Below, one piece after another: positions 1-10,732 of a DNA stretch of 64,000 nucleotides. Position numbers and translations under genes: made by a program. Source of the stretch: Desulfatiglandales bacterium (GTDB taxonomy: Bacteria; Desulfobacterota; DSM-4660; Desulfatiglandales; Desulfatiglandaceae); contig OY759599.1 in the NCBI GenBank assembly GCA_963662465.1, forward strand, positions 8,097,626 through 8,161,625, written 5' to 3'. The stretch's first letter is position 1. The number at the start of each line of letters is the position of its first letter. Below the pieces are notes generated by a model, which was given only the letters and a program-made list of their open reading frames with translations, was not told the DNA's origin and made no database searches.

Positions 1-15
1 TACCTTCGGCTCAAT

Positions 16-717
16 GTGTTGATTGAAAACTGGGATCGGTATCTCAAAATCGGCGCAAAAGGGGATTATTCCCATGCGCGGCTGTTGGAATATGTTGTTT
101 CCGAGCAATATCAAATTAAAAAGGAAAACGCCCGCAAGATGAGAGTCAAACGAGCCGGTATTCCAGAAAAATTTGTTTTGGAGACCTTTCCTTTCAAGCG
201 CCAGCTTAATCTCAATAAAAAGAGAATCGAATCCATATACGACGGTTTTGATTACATGACCAAATCCCGCAATATCATCTTCATTGGACCGACGGGCACG
301 GGAAAAAGCGGGCTGGCCACGGCGTTTCTGATCCACGCTATCAACCAGGGCTACAACGGGCTGTTTATCACTTTCCCTGAACTGGTGGAACGTCTTTACC
401 AATCGATGGCGGATAATACTCAGGCAAAGACCATCAAGAAGCTGTTATCCTATGATTGTTTGCTGATTGATGAGCTTGGTTATATTCAAATAGAATCGGT
501 TCAAGTGGGTCTATTTTTTAATCTAATGCAAAAAAGACATAAAAACAAAACGACCCTCATTACATCCAACCTCGGATTCGAAAAATGGAATTCCTTTCTT
601 AAGAACAAGCATCTCACAGCCGCCCTGATCGATCGACTGACTGAAAGCAGTCATATCATCAATATGAAAAACTGCATAAGCTTAAGGCAGAGGCTTGATG
701 AGGTTCCGGAGACATGA
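16..717 (+). CDS. istB: IS21 transposition helper ATPase IstB (start may lie upstream of the window)
   Basis: Walker A GPTGTGKS, Walker B LLIDELGY, ITSNL and AALIDRL motifs. Confidence 0.92.
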   Translation: MLIENWDRYLKIGAKGDYSHARLLEYVVSEQYQIKKENARKMRVKRAGIPEKFVLETFPFKRQLNLNKKRIESIYDGFDYMTKSRNIIFIGPTGTGKSGLATAFLIHAINQGYNGLFITFPELVERLYQSMADNTQAKTIKKLLSYDCLLIDELGYIQIESVQVGLFFNLMQKRHKNKTTLITSNLGFEKWNSFLKNKHLTAALIDRLTESSHIINMKNCISLRQRLDEVPET

Positions 718-1208
718 CAAAACTTTTTTCGGCAAAGGAGCTTTACAGCGTGAGAAATGACATCCCGATTTCCGGTCTGATTGAAAACGTGCTGAATATA
801 CCGGCTCGCACAACTGAAGGGGTTTTCAGATTTCTTTGTCCTGTATGCGGGGAATTTAACACGGCGGTTAATCCAAAAACCAATCTGGCCAGATGTTTCT
901 ACTGTAAAAAAAACTTCAACACCATTGATCTGGTGATGATTGTCAAAAAGGCAAATTTTGTAGAAGCCGTCCACTTTCTGAAAGCACATAAAAATAGATG
1001 TCAAAGTCATTGTGTTTCCAAAAAATCGGAAGATCACACTCAATCTCCCCAGCATATTGCCGACATTGTAAAATCAATCATGCCCGCCAAACCGGATTCT
1101 GACCATCCAGAATCCATTGAAAGCATATCGAAGCGGGTTTTATGCATCGAGAAGATGCTTGAGCAAATGACCCATCAAATGGAAATTATAGTAAAAACAA
1201 TCACATAA
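714..1208 (+). CDS. CHC2-type zinc-finger protein (primase Zn-domain-like), IS21 passenger
   Basis: CPVC...CFYC, followed by NTIDLVM..F.EAV.FL as in CHC2 zinc fingers; overlaps the istB stop. Confidence 0.7.
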   Translation: MTKLFSAKELYSVRNDIPISGLIENVLNIPARTTEGVFRFLCPVCGEFNTAVNPKTNLARCFYCKKNFNTIDLVMIVKKANFVEAVHFLKAHKNRCQSHCVSKKSEDHTQSPQHIADIVKSIMPAKPDSDHPESIESISKRVLCIEKMLEQMTHQMEIIVKTIT

Positions 1209-1277
1209 CTCATTTCCTGGAATTTCATGCGAAAATAGGGTGTTCTGTTTTGATAGTCGTGTAACGCTAATCAAATT

Positions 1278-1487
1278 TTGGAGGTGGAAATGCGAGGCGG
1301 AAAGCGTGCTGGAGCCGGTCGAAAAAAGAAGCCGGATCACTTGAGACGTGAGTTGGTGACAATTCGACTACCGAGGTGGATGATTACACAGCTTAAAAAC
1401 AATGGTGAAATTGGCTATTTGATTGAGGATCTACTGGCAAAAAAGGGTTCCCTGAATCCACCTGATGATTATGATTTCAATAGCTGA
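1278..1487 (+). CDS. Small putative DNA-binding protein
   Basis: RGGKRAGAGRKK motif followed by an RHH-like VTIRLP segment. Confidence 0.55.
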   Translation: MEVEMRGGKRAGAGRKKKPDHLRRELVTIRLPRWMITQLKNNGEIGYLIEDLLAKKGSLNPPDDYDFNS

Positions 1488-1955
1488 AATCGACGGACCC
1501 ATTCATCTCTTTTCTACGATTTGATTGAAAACGCCTTCCAACCGACATCTGAAATAGCCCCAGGTTGTATCCAACACTGAAGTCCCCCACAAGTCAGCGT
1601 GTTTGTCCATAGCTTAGCACGGCTTTTCGGATCGAACCTGTCGCAAATATCCAGGTCAAATTTCGATACGGCCTGCTGGTTTGTAGTCGTTTGCTCAGCC
1701 GTTCCGGCATCAATCTCCTTCTCCAACTTAAGCCATTTTTCCGCTGCGGGGTAGCAGCAAAGGCGGGGTTCTATTCAATTCTTGGGGCGGGGTGAGCATA
1801 GCTGCAGGGTAGTCGTGCGAACGAACGTATCAGTTTTCATGAGCAGAAGTGTATCAGTTTATCTGAGCGCCATAGCCTTTGCTCTAAACCTCATACACAC
1901 ACGATAAACACAGCATATATTTAAACTTTCCTAACTCCTTTTAAGTGGTTAATAA

Positions 1956-2164
1956 ACTCTACGCCATTTTACGTAGAGTGTTTTTGCAACATGTTATAAA
2001 AAACTATCAAAAAGTATGATTTTTGCCGGAAAATGGACTCTACGGAATTATCACGTAGAGTCCTATTTTGGCCTATTTGTTGCCTCTGAAAAATAACTCT
2101 ACGGTCAAAACACGTAGAGTGGTTTTTATGCATTTACCGTGTTTAACTTAACTACTACTCTACG
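1956..2164. repeat. Array of ACTCTACG-N8/9-CGTAGAGT palindromes
   Basis: Full copies at 1956-1979, 2037-2061 and 2096-2120; half site at 2157-2164; another full copy at 3749-3773 on the far side of the IS. Confidence 0.85.
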
Positions 2165-2215
2165 TATTTTCTACTAGTAGTTAGTCTACGTTACATAGAT
2201 ATATATTATATAATA

Positions 2216-3740
2216 CTTGAGTTTTCGAAAAAAAGTAATGGACACGGTAGGAACACTGTGAGAAAATACCTTGGTGTAGTGTTGTCATTTGCTATAATAC
2301 CAGGGGAAACTCATGCAAATTCCGTGTGCCAGACGGCTTCCATTTCTTGTTTCTGGGTTGGCATTTCTACAACCGGCCTTGACGAACGCCCAATTCTACA
2401 ATCTAACGCTGGTTGCAACAGCTTTGGTTTTGGGCGCAAAATTCAGTCTTTCAGCAATCAATCGCATGTGGCTTGAAGAAAAATGCGTGAGCACCTTATC
2501 GTATTTCTTCTCAGATGCTAAATTCTGCACAGCTGAAATGCAACATCTTTATGCTTTACAAATCATGCATTTATACAAACTTCAAAGTGGCTATTACTGT
2601 ATCGATGACACCATGAAACACCACACAAATTTCTGTAAATGGATCCACGGTGTCTTTGTTTTATTCGATCATGCGCTCAAGACAAACCTCAAAGCGACCT
2701 GTATCGTAGTCCTTTATTACAGCAATGGTGGAATAATCAAATTTCCCATTGCTCATCGAATCTATTACCAGGATAGCAATAAGATGCCTTGGCAGAAAGG
2801 GAAAAAGCATATTTGCAAACCGAAATACGAATTGGCAATTGATATGCTTCAATGGGCTATCGACAGGGGTTTTCCCAGAGGCATCGTCCTTGCTGACTCC
2901 TGGTTCGGGAGCGGTCCATTTGTAAAAGGCCTTAAAGGCTTGAAGTTGAGTTATGTTATTGAAATAAAGTCAACTTTAACCGTAAGAATCCCATGCAAAG
3001 AGCCTAAACTCACCCCCAAGGGTAAGATATCTAAGAAGCAGCATGACCTTATCAAATTGCCCAATGTTTTTCAGTCTACATCATCCTTCAGCACATGCGG
3101 TTTTGCCGCCAATATGGGCATTGGCAAAAAGGAAAAAGTCCTGTATCATACCAAAGTTATCACGGGGAACCTGAACTCTATTGCCGGAAAACATAGGATT
3201 GTTCAAAGTGTTGACCCAACCAAACAAACCACCAAATATCTTCTCACCAATGAACTCACCTGGGAGGCCACCAAGATTATTTCCGCTTATAGCAACAGAT
3301 GGGTTATCGAGGAATTTTTCAGGAATGCGAAGCAGTTAACCGATATGGAGGGAGCCACTATTAGGAGCGAGCAAGGCGTGACATTAGCGTTATGCCTGGT
3401 GTCCTGGATTGACTCCCTCCTCCATCTGGAAAACTATAAGCAAAGCACTGCTGGAAAATTGCCAAAGGAGCCATTAACGGTTCCTTCGATAGTCCGTTTG
3501 GCTCAATACGATAATCTTGAAACTTTTCTGGATCGACTTCAAAAGGAAGATGGGCTTCTCAAAAAGTGGTGTGATGTTGAACAAAAAGGTTTGGTCAGAA
3601 AGCGGAAGAAATCTAAAGAGTTGATAAAGCTACAAGATTTCTCTGAAGACCGTTCCCGGAAACAATTATCAAAGGCTGCATAAAGCAAATATTGCGCCAA
3701 AAGATCAAATTGTCAAAGAACTATTTTTCGAAAACTCAAG
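2216..3740 (+). mobile_element. Intact IS701/IS4-superfamily insertion sequence
   Basis: 21-bp terminal inverted repeats CTTGAGTTTTCGAAAAA(A/T)AGT; flanking direct repeat TATAATA at 2209-2215 and 3741-3747. Confidence 0.88.
2313..3683 (+). CDS. DDE transposase (IS701-like)
   Basis: IDDT, VLADSWFG and Y..RW.IEEFFRNAKQ (YREK-type) motifs. Confidence 0.88.
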   Translation: MQIPCARRLPFLVSGLAFLQPALTNAQFYNLTLVATALVLGAKFSLSAINRMWLEEKCVSTLSYFFSDAKFCTAEMQHLYALQIMHLYKLQSGYYCIDDTMKHHTNFCKWIHGVFVLFDHALKTNLKATCIVVLYYSNGGIIKFPIAHRIYYQDSNKMPWQKGKKHICKPKYELAIDMLQWAIDRGFPRGIVLADSWFGSGPFVKGLKGLKLSYVIEIKSTLTVRIPCKEPKLTPKGKISKKQHDLIKLPNVFQSTSSFSTCGFAANMGIGKKEKVLYHTKVITGNLNSIAGKHRIVQSVDPTKQTTKYLLTNELTWEATKIISAYSNRWVIEEFFRNAKQLTDMEGATIRSEQGVTLALCLVSWIDSLLHLENYKQSTAGKLPKEPLTVPSIVRLAQYDNLETFLDRLQKEDGLLKKWCDVEQKGLVRKRKKSKELIKLQDFSEDRSRKQLSKAA

Positions 3741-3849
3741 TATAATATACTCTACGGAATTATCGCGTAGAGTTAAATCCTTATTTTTTGATGAAAATGT
3801 CAAAATCCACCAAAAAGTATATATACTCAAGTATGTATGAATAAAAAAT

Positions 3850-5061
3850 ATGGCAGAAATTGATATCCTTGCACCTTTCCGAAACATCAGCCCAGGCCAA
3901 TTCATATCCAGATATTCTGATTGGATTCTTTTTATACTCCTGATCTTCTTTTTTTGGTCCGTTATCACAATCTCACTCAAAAAACGCTTTGGTGATTCAA
4001 AGGCATTTAGAATCCTAGCAACCTCTACAGCCCTATTATTATCAGTTAGTACATACTATATGATTTACAAAGGCAAACTTAACATATCTCTAGAAGGGCT
4101 TGGTATGTTTGGAGCCATGCTCGTCCTGATTGTGATATTTTTCATTCTTTTTGCTCTACAAAGAAACTTTAATATGAAAACTAAACTTTCTCTTCCATTG
4201 GGATTTGTCCTGTTTTATTTGTCGCTAGTTAGACTAACACCTAACATCATGAATGATATCCAAAATGCATTTCCATTTGCAAAAGCAATTATGGTAGGAC
4301 TATTTTTATTTTCATTATATAGGGTGATAGTCGAGTTCATAAAACATTCAAAAGGAGATTTGAAGTTAGAAGCACAAAAAATAGAAAATATTCGAATCCC
4401 ACCAAAAGATGTGCCAGAGATCAACCATGAGCTGAAGGATGACAAGAAGGAAAGAAATCTGCTGAAAGGCAAAACCTTGAAACTTACAAAGATGGAAATC
4501 AATACTGTTGATGATATAGAAAACCTACTAGGCCACCTAATTAAATTGATTAAGGAGAAAGGCAAAAATATCAGTCAGGATGAAGCCTTGCAGATCTCCA
4601 ACTATCTTAGGCAATTGTCTAACAAAGAAAATATTCTCATCAGAAGTATGCCTATTTTGAAAAGGCAGGCAGAAATCTTCAAATCAAAACATAGAAAAGA
4701 TATCAATGAACTCCAAAAGCGATACCAGGAAGCCAAGGATAATCCTAAACAACAGGAAATAATAAAAGAAGAAATCTCATTCCAAAAGCGAATGATTGAA
4801 GTGCTGGACTTCATCGAAACCTATGAAAATAGAATCGTAGAATTCACACAATCACTCAACCAAACAATCTCTAAGTCTATGATTAAGCTCAGAAGTATTT
4901 ACCCTCATGAATGCGTGGAATATCTGGAATCTGCCAGAAAATCGATTGAAGGCATGAAACATATTTTCAAAAAACAAAAAGAGCTTGAGAAATATGTCCT
5001 CTCGCTGAACAAGAAAACAATTAAGGATCTGAAGAAAGAAAAAAAGGCAGATCAATCTTAA
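3850..5061 (+). CDS. Hypothetical protein, multi-TM N-terminus and long coiled-coil C-terminus
   Basis: 403-aa ORF; about 5 hydrophobic segments, then a K/E/Q/L-rich helical region. Confidence 0.7.
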   Translation: MAEIDILAPFRNISPGQFISRYSDWILFILLIFFFWSVITISLKKRFGDSKAFRILATSTALLLSVSTYYMIYKGKLNISLEGLGMFGAMLVLIVIFFILFALQRNFNMKTKLSLPLGFVLFYLSLVRLTPNIMNDIQNAFPFAKAIMVGLFLFSLYRVIVEFIKHSKGDLKLEAQKIENIRIPPKDVPEINHELKDDKKERNLLKGKTLKLTKMEINTVDDIENLLGHLIKLIKEKGKNISQDEALQISNYLRQLSNKENILIRSMPILKRQAEIFKSKHRKDINELQKRYQEAKDNPKQQEIIKEEISFQKRMIEVLDFIETYENRIVEFTQSLNQTISKSMIKLRSIYPHECVEYLESARKSIEGMKHIFKKQKELEKYVLSLNKKTIKDLKKEKKADQS

Positions 5062-5717
5062 AATTAGAACAACGCTCAACGATTAATCTTTTGCCTTCTG
5101 ATTTGGCACGCCAGACATCTGTTTGACTCAATGCATTGTTAAGAAGGAAGTTTCTTTGTAGAAATTGGTTTCGTGCTTTCAATTTTAGTCACCTCAAATT
5201 GCCAAAATAGGCATTATAGTTTTTACCGAAAGAAGGGTTTAAATTGCTCACCTTTTTTCTATTCTCATCCTCAATAACGAGGCAAATATTTCCGTTCTGA
5301 ATCCTATATTTGTCGATTACTTTGCCATCAATTGTCTGCAATGAATTCATATAACCCATTCTTGTCGAAGCCTTTAGTTGTTTGGGAAATACTGGAAGCT
5401 TTTAAATCTTTCGGTTTAGGGTGAGCAGCCTTGGATTTTCGAGGTATGGTTACAAAATGTGATTTCTTGTCTATGTATTTAAGCGATTATCAGCTGAAAG
5501 GGAAGCAGCATTGGAATATCTTTCGCAGAACTACCCTCACCTGCCCGCCAATGCCTTTCTGGGCGTAATGGTTCAGACAGCTTAAATGGCAAAAAAGTGA
5601 TCCAGCATCATAGATTGTGTATAATGGCGATGGCAGGCGGAGATGGTAAAAGAAGTGCAAAAGATCCTGGCCCGATCGGAAACCGAGGTTTTATCCTGAA
5701 ATTTTATCGTTTTTTCC

Positions 5718-5746
5718 TTGACAATATTTTTGGCCCCGCTTATAAG
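5718..5746 (+). promoter_or_regulatory. Sigma70-type promoter of the polysaccharide locus regulator
   Basis: TTGACA-17 bp-TATAAG upstream of 5802. Confidence 0.6.
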
Positions 5747-5801
5747 ACCGTTCTATGTAAAACGTTTCGATCAGGCATTCATCCTTCTGGCATAGAATAA
5801 A

Positions 5802-6362
5802 ATGGAACTCTCGGAAAAATCTTTTCAGATATTAGATGCCCTCGACACGCATGAAGTCGTCAGCCAACGTCAGCTGGCTAAACACTCCGGTGTAAGCCTT
5901 GCCCAGGTCAATTATCTCCTCAAGAGGCTTTTAGAAAAAGGCCTTGTGAAGGTAAAAAACTTCCAAAAGAAACCCAATAAATCAAGCTATCTCTATCTCT
6001 TAACACCAAAAGGCCTGGAAGCCAAATCTCAGGTGGCCGTCCGATTTATAAAATCCAGACTGAAAGAATACAACCATCTCAAAGACTCATTGACCAAAAA
6101 GTTGACCTCCATTGAAAGAACGGCCCCCGTCAGGGTTATTTTTGTTGGACCTCTTATGGTGAAAGACTTTGTGGATTCCGTAATAAAAGAGAACGGTCTG
6201 AAGCTTATTGTAGTTGGTCACTATAACCAATGGAAGGATCTGAAAGAAACCGAACCGGAATCGTTCGATGTCGCGCTATTGTTCGACGGTAATAAAGAAG
6301 GCATAAAGAAGATCAGTAATCACCTGAATATTCCCAAGGATAAATTGGCCGTCTTGTGGTGA
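5802..6362 (+). CDS. MarR-family EPS-associated transcriptional regulator with C-terminal extension
   Basis: SQRQLA..SGVSL..VNY.LK.L.EKGLVKVKNF...YLYLLTPKG motif. Confidence 0.85.
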   Translation: MELSEKSFQILDALDTHEVVSQRQLAKHSGVSLAQVNYLLKRLLEKGLVKVKNFQKKPNKSSYLYLLTPKGLEAKSQVAVRFIKSRLKEYNHLKDSLTKKLTSIERTAPVRVIFVGPLMVKDFVDSVIKENGLKLIVVGHYNQWKDLKETEPESFDVALLFDGNKEGIKKISNHLNIPKDKLAVLW

Positions 6363-6455
6363 GGTTTTGCACAAAATAGTGCAAACTCTGCGGTGAAAAA
6401 AACGCTATTGAACAACTTATTAAACAAAATGTACAGGTTACAGCAAATCATCCAG

Positions 6456-6478
6456 CGTAACCCAAGGGGCGGAGCTGT
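6456..6478 (+). promoter_or_regulatory. ops/JUMPstart-like leader motif
   Basis: CGTAACCCAAGGGGCGGAGCTGT; near-identical copies at 6691-6713 and 18990-19012; resembles the JUMPstart core AGGGGCGGTAGC. Confidence 0.5.
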
Positions 6479-6552
6479 ATCAACATCTTTTGCCCCCTCC
6501 AGAGGATTGAAGTTCATCTCGTCTATGCTTACTGAATAAAACAGCAGAACTT

Positions 6553-6683
6553 CAACCCAAAACCCAAAACTCAAAACCCAAAACCGCTGTTCCAATGCCC
6601 AAAACCAAAAACTCAAAACCGCTGTTCCAATGCCAAAAACCCAAAACCCCTAACTCAAAACTCAAAACCCAAAACCCAAAACC
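6553..6683 (+). repeat. AAAAC(C/T)C heptamer tandem repeats
   Basis: Seen directly; same family at about 10499, 14472, 16701, 18466, 23990, 25293, 26368 and 51866. Confidence 0.9.
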
Positions 6684-6825
6684 GCTTTTTCGTAATCCAA
6701 AGAGCGGAGCTATGTGCGAAGTATCTTAAGAACCATGATCTTACTGCCCCCTGCCCCCTGACAACTGCACCCTTTAACAACGACAATAAGGAAAGCCTGA
6801 CCCCCTTACACGCGCCCCACCTGAA

Positions 6826-7131
6826 TTGACCCAGGAACAGGAACACCAACGCGAGCAGATTCTAGCGCGACTTCAAGAGGTGGCAGCAATGCTGAAAAGC
6901 CGCTTTGGTGTTCGACGAGTTATTTTATTTGGCTCGCTTGCCCGAAAGCTCTCGTTTACTCCTGGTTCAGATGTGGATATAGCCGTTGAAGGACTGAACA
7001 CGAAAAAATATTGGCAGGCTTGGAAGTTGGCTGAGGAGATGATCGGAGATCGCCCAGTGGACTTTGTCCAAATTGAGACAGCGAAAGAGTCTCTCAAGCG
7101 AGCGGTTCAACGCTATGGAATAGACCTATGA
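6826..7131 (+). CDS. Minimal nucleotidyltransferase (MntA-type antitoxin)
   Basis: LFGSLAR....SDVDIAV motif. Confidence 0.85.
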   Translation: MTQEQEHQREQILARLQEVAAMLKSRFGVRRVILFGSLARKLSFTPGSDVDIAVEGLNTKKYWQAWKLAEEMIGDRPVDFVQIETAKESLKRAVQRYGIDL

Positions 7132-7373
7132 ACAGGGAATTGGAAGAGCTTGTTGAGCGAATTCATGGAGAAATCCCTGATTTGGATCGACTTGTGCAAA
7201 GGGTGTTATCTGCTTGGAACCGCTCCAAAAGCAAATTGAAGGAGCAAGACATTTACTTGGAATCTGTTGCTTTAAACCTCCACGGCTTTTATTCAGGAGT
7301 TGAACGTCTATTTGCTGAACCACTGGCTTTCGCAGATTTTCTAGCAGATTTGGCTCAGGCAAGTAAGACGTGA
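7128..7373 (+). pseudogene. HEPN-type toxin partner, internally deleted
   Basis: SVALNLHGFYSGVERLF joins directly to a C-terminal LAFADFL; no RxxxxH segment; coupled to the MNT gene. Confidence 0.65.
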
Positions 7374-7679
7374 TCATTCTTAGTTCAATATTCCACAGAA
7401 ATTCTCAAAAGGACTTCATTCCCCATGCTCTCTGCCATTATACGCACCTCCGGTGGATTTTTCGTATCCTATTCAAATTCCCTGGTAGATTCAGCAGAAA
7501 TGATGAAGAAAGGGAAAACTTTCATCCATTAACCTTCAAGCCCTTCATGTCCTTCATGGTAAAACACATTTTTTCAATTCGTCCATAGCCCATTTGCCCA
7601 TAGCCCATTGCCTACCATACCGATGCCGCAGGCTTCATAAACTTACACCTTTAAAAAATCTCAATCCAAGAGGAATCAA

Positions 7680-9332
7680 ATGAAAAACAATCAACCCAAC
7701 ATCGCCGTCATCGGCTCCGGCTACTGGGGCAAGAACCTCGTTCGAAACTACCACCAGATCGGTGCTCTCAAACTCATCTGCGATAAAAACGAAACCGTCC
7801 TCTCCAGCTTTCAAGAGCAATACCCCGGCGTGGACACCTGCATGGCCCTAAACGACACCCTCTCCCGAGAAGACATCCAAGGCATCGTCATCGCCACACC
7901 GGCCGAAACCCACTACATCCTGGCTCGGGAAGCCCTTCTTGCCGGTAAACACGTCTACATCGAAAAACCCCTGGTACTCAAAGAGGAAGATGGGCAGGAT
8001 CTGATCCGTCTGGCCAAAGAGAAAGATCTGGTTCTCATGGTCGGCCACCTGCTTCAGTACCATCCCGTCTTTCTCAAACTGAAGGAGATGGCCGCCTCCG
8101 GTGAACTGGGCCGCATCAACTACATCTATTCCCATCGCCTCAACCTAGGCAAAATCCGGCGCGAAGAAAATATCCTCTGGTCCTTCGCCCCCCACGATAT
8201 CTCCATGATCCTCTCCCTGGCTGGGGAAGAACCGGATGAGGTCATGGCAACCGGCGGCAACTACCTGCACAAAAGGATCGCCGACGTGACCACCACCCAC
8301 CTGGAGTTCCCCTCGGGCCTTCGCGCTCACATCTTTGTCTCCTGGCTGCACCCCTTCAAGGTCCAGCAACTGGTGGTGGTTGGGGACAAAAAGATGGCGG
8401 TATTTGACGACACCCAACCATGGGAAGACAAATTGCTGCTCTACCCCCATGAAATCAAATGGCAGAACAACATCCCCATCCCCTCCAAAGGGGAAGCCGA
8501 AAGGGTCGATATTCCTCAGGCCGAACCACTCAAAATGGAATGCGAACATTTTCTCCATTGCATGACAAATTGCCGGAGACCCCAGACCGACGGTGCCGAA
8601 GGCCTCCGCGTTCTCCGTATCCTGAATGCCGCACAACAATCGCTGGATGGTGACAGTGAGAAGATTGATCTCGCGCAAAGACGCAAAGACGCAAAGGGAA
8701 CAGAGAAAGGGGTATTGGAAAAGAAACCGACCACCGACCACCGACCACCGACCACTGATTTTTTTGCTCACGAAACGGCCCTTATTGACGATAATGTAAC
8801 AGTCGGGGATGGAAGCAAAATCTGGCATTTCAGTCACGTACTTTCCAACTCGACCATCGGTGAAAACTGCAACATCGGGCAGAACGTGGTGATCGGTCCG
8901 GATGTCACCATCGGTAAAGGGTGCAAAATCCAGAACAACGTCTCCGTCTACAAAGGCGTCACCCTGGAAGACGGGGTCTTTTGCGGTCCCTCCATGGTTT
9001 TTACCAACATCTACAATCCAAGAGCTGAAATCCGGAAGATGGACCAGGTACGTCCCACCTTGGTCAAACATGGCGCAACCCTGGGCGCCAACTGCACAAT
9101 CGTCTGTGGAACCACCATCGGGGAATACGGCTTTGTGGGCGCCGGCGCCGTGGTCACCCGAAATGTCCCTAGGCATGCCCTAATGTTGGGCAATCCAGCC
9201 AGAAGGGTCGGATGGATGTGCCAATGCGGAGAACGCCTCACCGACGACCTCGACTGCCTCACGTGCGGAAAGACCTATGAAAAGAATGAAGAAGGCCTAA
9301 AAGAAAAAATTAGACAGGATCAACAGGATTAA
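7680..9332 (+). CDS. Gfo/Idh/MocA oxidoreductase (WbpB/WlbA-like) fused to a hexapeptide N-acetyltransferase (WbpD/WlbB-like)
   Basis: GSGYWG, EKP and GH motifs, then left-handed beta-helix repeats with IWHFSH and GNPAR; linker encoded by tandem repeats. Confidence 0.9.
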   Translation: MKNNQPNIAVIGSGYWGKNLVRNYHQIGALKLICDKNETVLSSFQEQYPGVDTCMALNDTLSREDIQGIVIATPAETHYILAREALLAGKHVYIEKPLVLKEEDGQDLIRLAKEKDLVLMVGHLLQYHPVFLKLKEMAASGELGRINYIYSHRLNLGKIRREENILWSFAPHDISMILSLAGEEPDEVMATGGNYLHKRIADVTTTHLEFPSGLRAHIFVSWLHPFKVQQLVVVGDKKMAVFDDTQPWEDKLLLYPHEIKWQNNIPIPSKGEAERVDIPQAEPLKMECEHFLHCMTNCRRPQTDGAEGLRVLRILNAAQQSLDGDSEKIDLAQRRKDAKGTEKGVLEKKPTTDHRPPTTDFFAHETALIDDNVTVGDGSKIWHFSHVLSNSTIGENCNIGQNVVIGPDVTIGKGCKIQNNVSVYKGVTLEDGVFCGPSMVFTNIYNPRAEIRKMDQVRPTLVKHGATLGANCTIVCGTTIGEYGFVGAGAVVTRNVPRHALMLGNPARRVGWMCQCGERLTDDLDCLTCGKTYEKNEEGLKEKIRQDQQD

Positions 9333-9379
9333 CAAGATTAAAAACAAAAACAATCCTGCAAAATCCTGTAAATCCTGTC
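9313..9379. repeat. 9-mer inverted-repeat hairpin (ACAGGATTA x3 ... AATCCTGTA x3)
   Basis: Left arm 9313-9339, right arm 9352-9379; the right-arm triplet occurs 15 times between 9.3 and 26.5 kb. Confidence 0.9.
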
Positions 9380-9398
9380 TAAAAAAAGAGAGGAAAAA

Positions 9399-10490
9399 AT
9401 GCAATTCATAGACCTAAAAACCCAACAATCCCGCATCCGTCAAAAACTCGAAGCCCGAATAAATCATGTCCTCGATCACGGTCAATACATCATGGGCCCG
9501 GAAGTGAAAGAGCTGGAAGAGAAGCTCCGTGCTTTCATCGGCACCAACCACTGCATCACCTGTTCATCCGGCACCGACGCCCTACTCATCGCCCTCATGG
9601 CTCTGAACATCGGTCCCGGTGACGAGGTGATCACCGTCCCCTACACCTGGATTTCAACCGCCGAAGTCATTGCGCTCCTGAACGCCAAACCCGTTTTCGT
9701 GGACATCCAGCCCGACACCTTCAACATGAACCCGGATCTGATTGAAGCGGCCATCACCCCCAATACCAAAGCCATCATGCCGGTGAGTATCTATGGCCAA
9801 TGTGCGGACATGACCCGGATCAATGCCATTGCGGAAAAGCACAGCATCCCGGTCATCGAAGACGGCGCCCAGAGTTTCGGCGCCACTCACTACGAGCAAA
9901 AGTCCTGCGGTCTTTCCGCTATTGGCTGCACGTCCTTTTTCCCGTCCAAACCCCTGGGCTGTTATGGCGACGGTGGCGCCATCTTCACCCATGATGATGG
10001 ATTGGCGGAGAAAATGCGACAGATCCGCGTCCACGGTCAGAAGGTCAAGCATCAGCATCCCCTGGTCGGCATCAATGGACGTTTGGACACCCTGCAGGCA
10101 GCCATTCTGCTTGAAAAATTGGAGCTATTCCCCGAGGAATGCCGGCTACGCTGGGAAGTCGGGCAGCGTTACAATGAACTCCTTTCTGAAGTCACAGGTA
10201 TTAAAGCCCCCGTCATTTCAAAGGGAAACGATTCCGTCTATGCCCAGTATACGCTTCTAACGGAAAATCGCGACAAGGTATCGAATGTGCTGAAGGCAGA
10301 GGGCATCCCATCTGTAGCCTACTATGCCGTACCGTTGCACCTGCAGGGGGCATTTACAGATCTCGGTCATAAAGCAGGGGATTTTCCCGTTGCGGAATAT
10401 GTTGCGGCAAACTGCCTGAGTTTACCCATGCATCCATATCTCAGTCTGGAAGACCAGAAGCGGATCGCTTCCGCCATTGAAGATGGATGA
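9399..10490 (+). CDS. DegT/DnrJ/EryC1/StrS aminotransferase (WbpE/WlbC-like)
   Basis: MQFIDLK start, SGTDAL, EDGAQSFGA, SFFPSKPLGCYGDGG. Confidence 0.92.
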   Translation: MQFIDLKTQQSRIRQKLEARINHVLDHGQYIMGPEVKELEEKLRAFIGTNHCITCSSGTDALLIALMALNIGPGDEVITVPYTWISTAEVIALLNAKPVFVDIQPDTFNMNPDLIEAAITPNTKAIMPVSIYGQCADMTRINAIAEKHSIPVIEDGAQSFGATHYEQKSCGLSAIGCTSFFPSKPLGCYGDGGAIFTHDDGLAEKMRQIRVHGQKVKHQHPLVGINGRLDTLQAAILLEKLELFPEECRLRWEVGQRYNELLSEVTGIKAPVISKGNDSVYAQYTLLTENRDKVSNVLKAEGIPSVAYYAVPLHLQGAFTDLGHKAGDFPVAEYVAANCLSLPMHPYLSLEDQKRIASAIEDG

Positions 10491-10539
10491 TGGTCATTAA
10501 CTCAAAACCCATAACCCAACACTCAAAACTGATTTTCCA

Positions 10540-10606
10540 CCCATGCATCCATATCTCAGCGGTGAAGACCAAAAGCGAATCGCGGTCAGTATTGGAGATG
10601 GGCGAT
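10540..10606 (+). pseudogene. Duplicated alternative 3' end of the DegT gene
   Basis: Encodes PMHPYLSGEDQKRIAVSIGDGR versus PMHPYLSLEDQKRIASAIEDG in the intact gene. Confidence 0.8.
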
Positions 10607-10667
10607 GTAACTGTTTAACTGGGGTTGGCAACGTCTCCCATTATACAAGATTTGACAACGATCCTTA

Positions 10668-10696
10668 TTGACTAAAATAGCCGATATGTCTATAAT
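10668..10696 (+). promoter_or_regulatory. Sigma70 promoter of the TA cassette
   Basis: TTGACT-17 bp-TATAAT upstream of 10733. Confidence 0.7.
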
Positions 10697-10732
10697 GCCT
10701 ACATTAGCTAACAATCAATTGGGGGATATAGT

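Larger units (their letters stand above)
1..1872 (+). mobile_element. Right part of an IS21-family element carrying passenger ORFs
   Basis: istB-like gene at the window start; tandem GTATCAGTTT..TGAGC motifs at about 1827-1869 ending in ...CGCCA (1872), as expected for IS21 multi-repeat ends terminating in CA. Confidence 0.7.

Noticed and set aside
1956..2164. Mini-CRISPR from the ACTCTACG palindromes
   Set aside because: Repeat centres vary, spacing is irregular (81, 59, 61 bp) and there are no cas genes.
8145..9176. Long antisense ORFs (also 61646-62452, 48899-49516, 32960-33511)
   Set aside because: Shadows of well-supported + strand genes with biased codon usage.
9313..9379. Rho-independent terminators at the 9-mer hairpins
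   Set aside because: Followed by A-runs rather than T-runs on +, lie between co-oriented genes, and most copies lack the left arm; minus-strand termination cannot be excluded.
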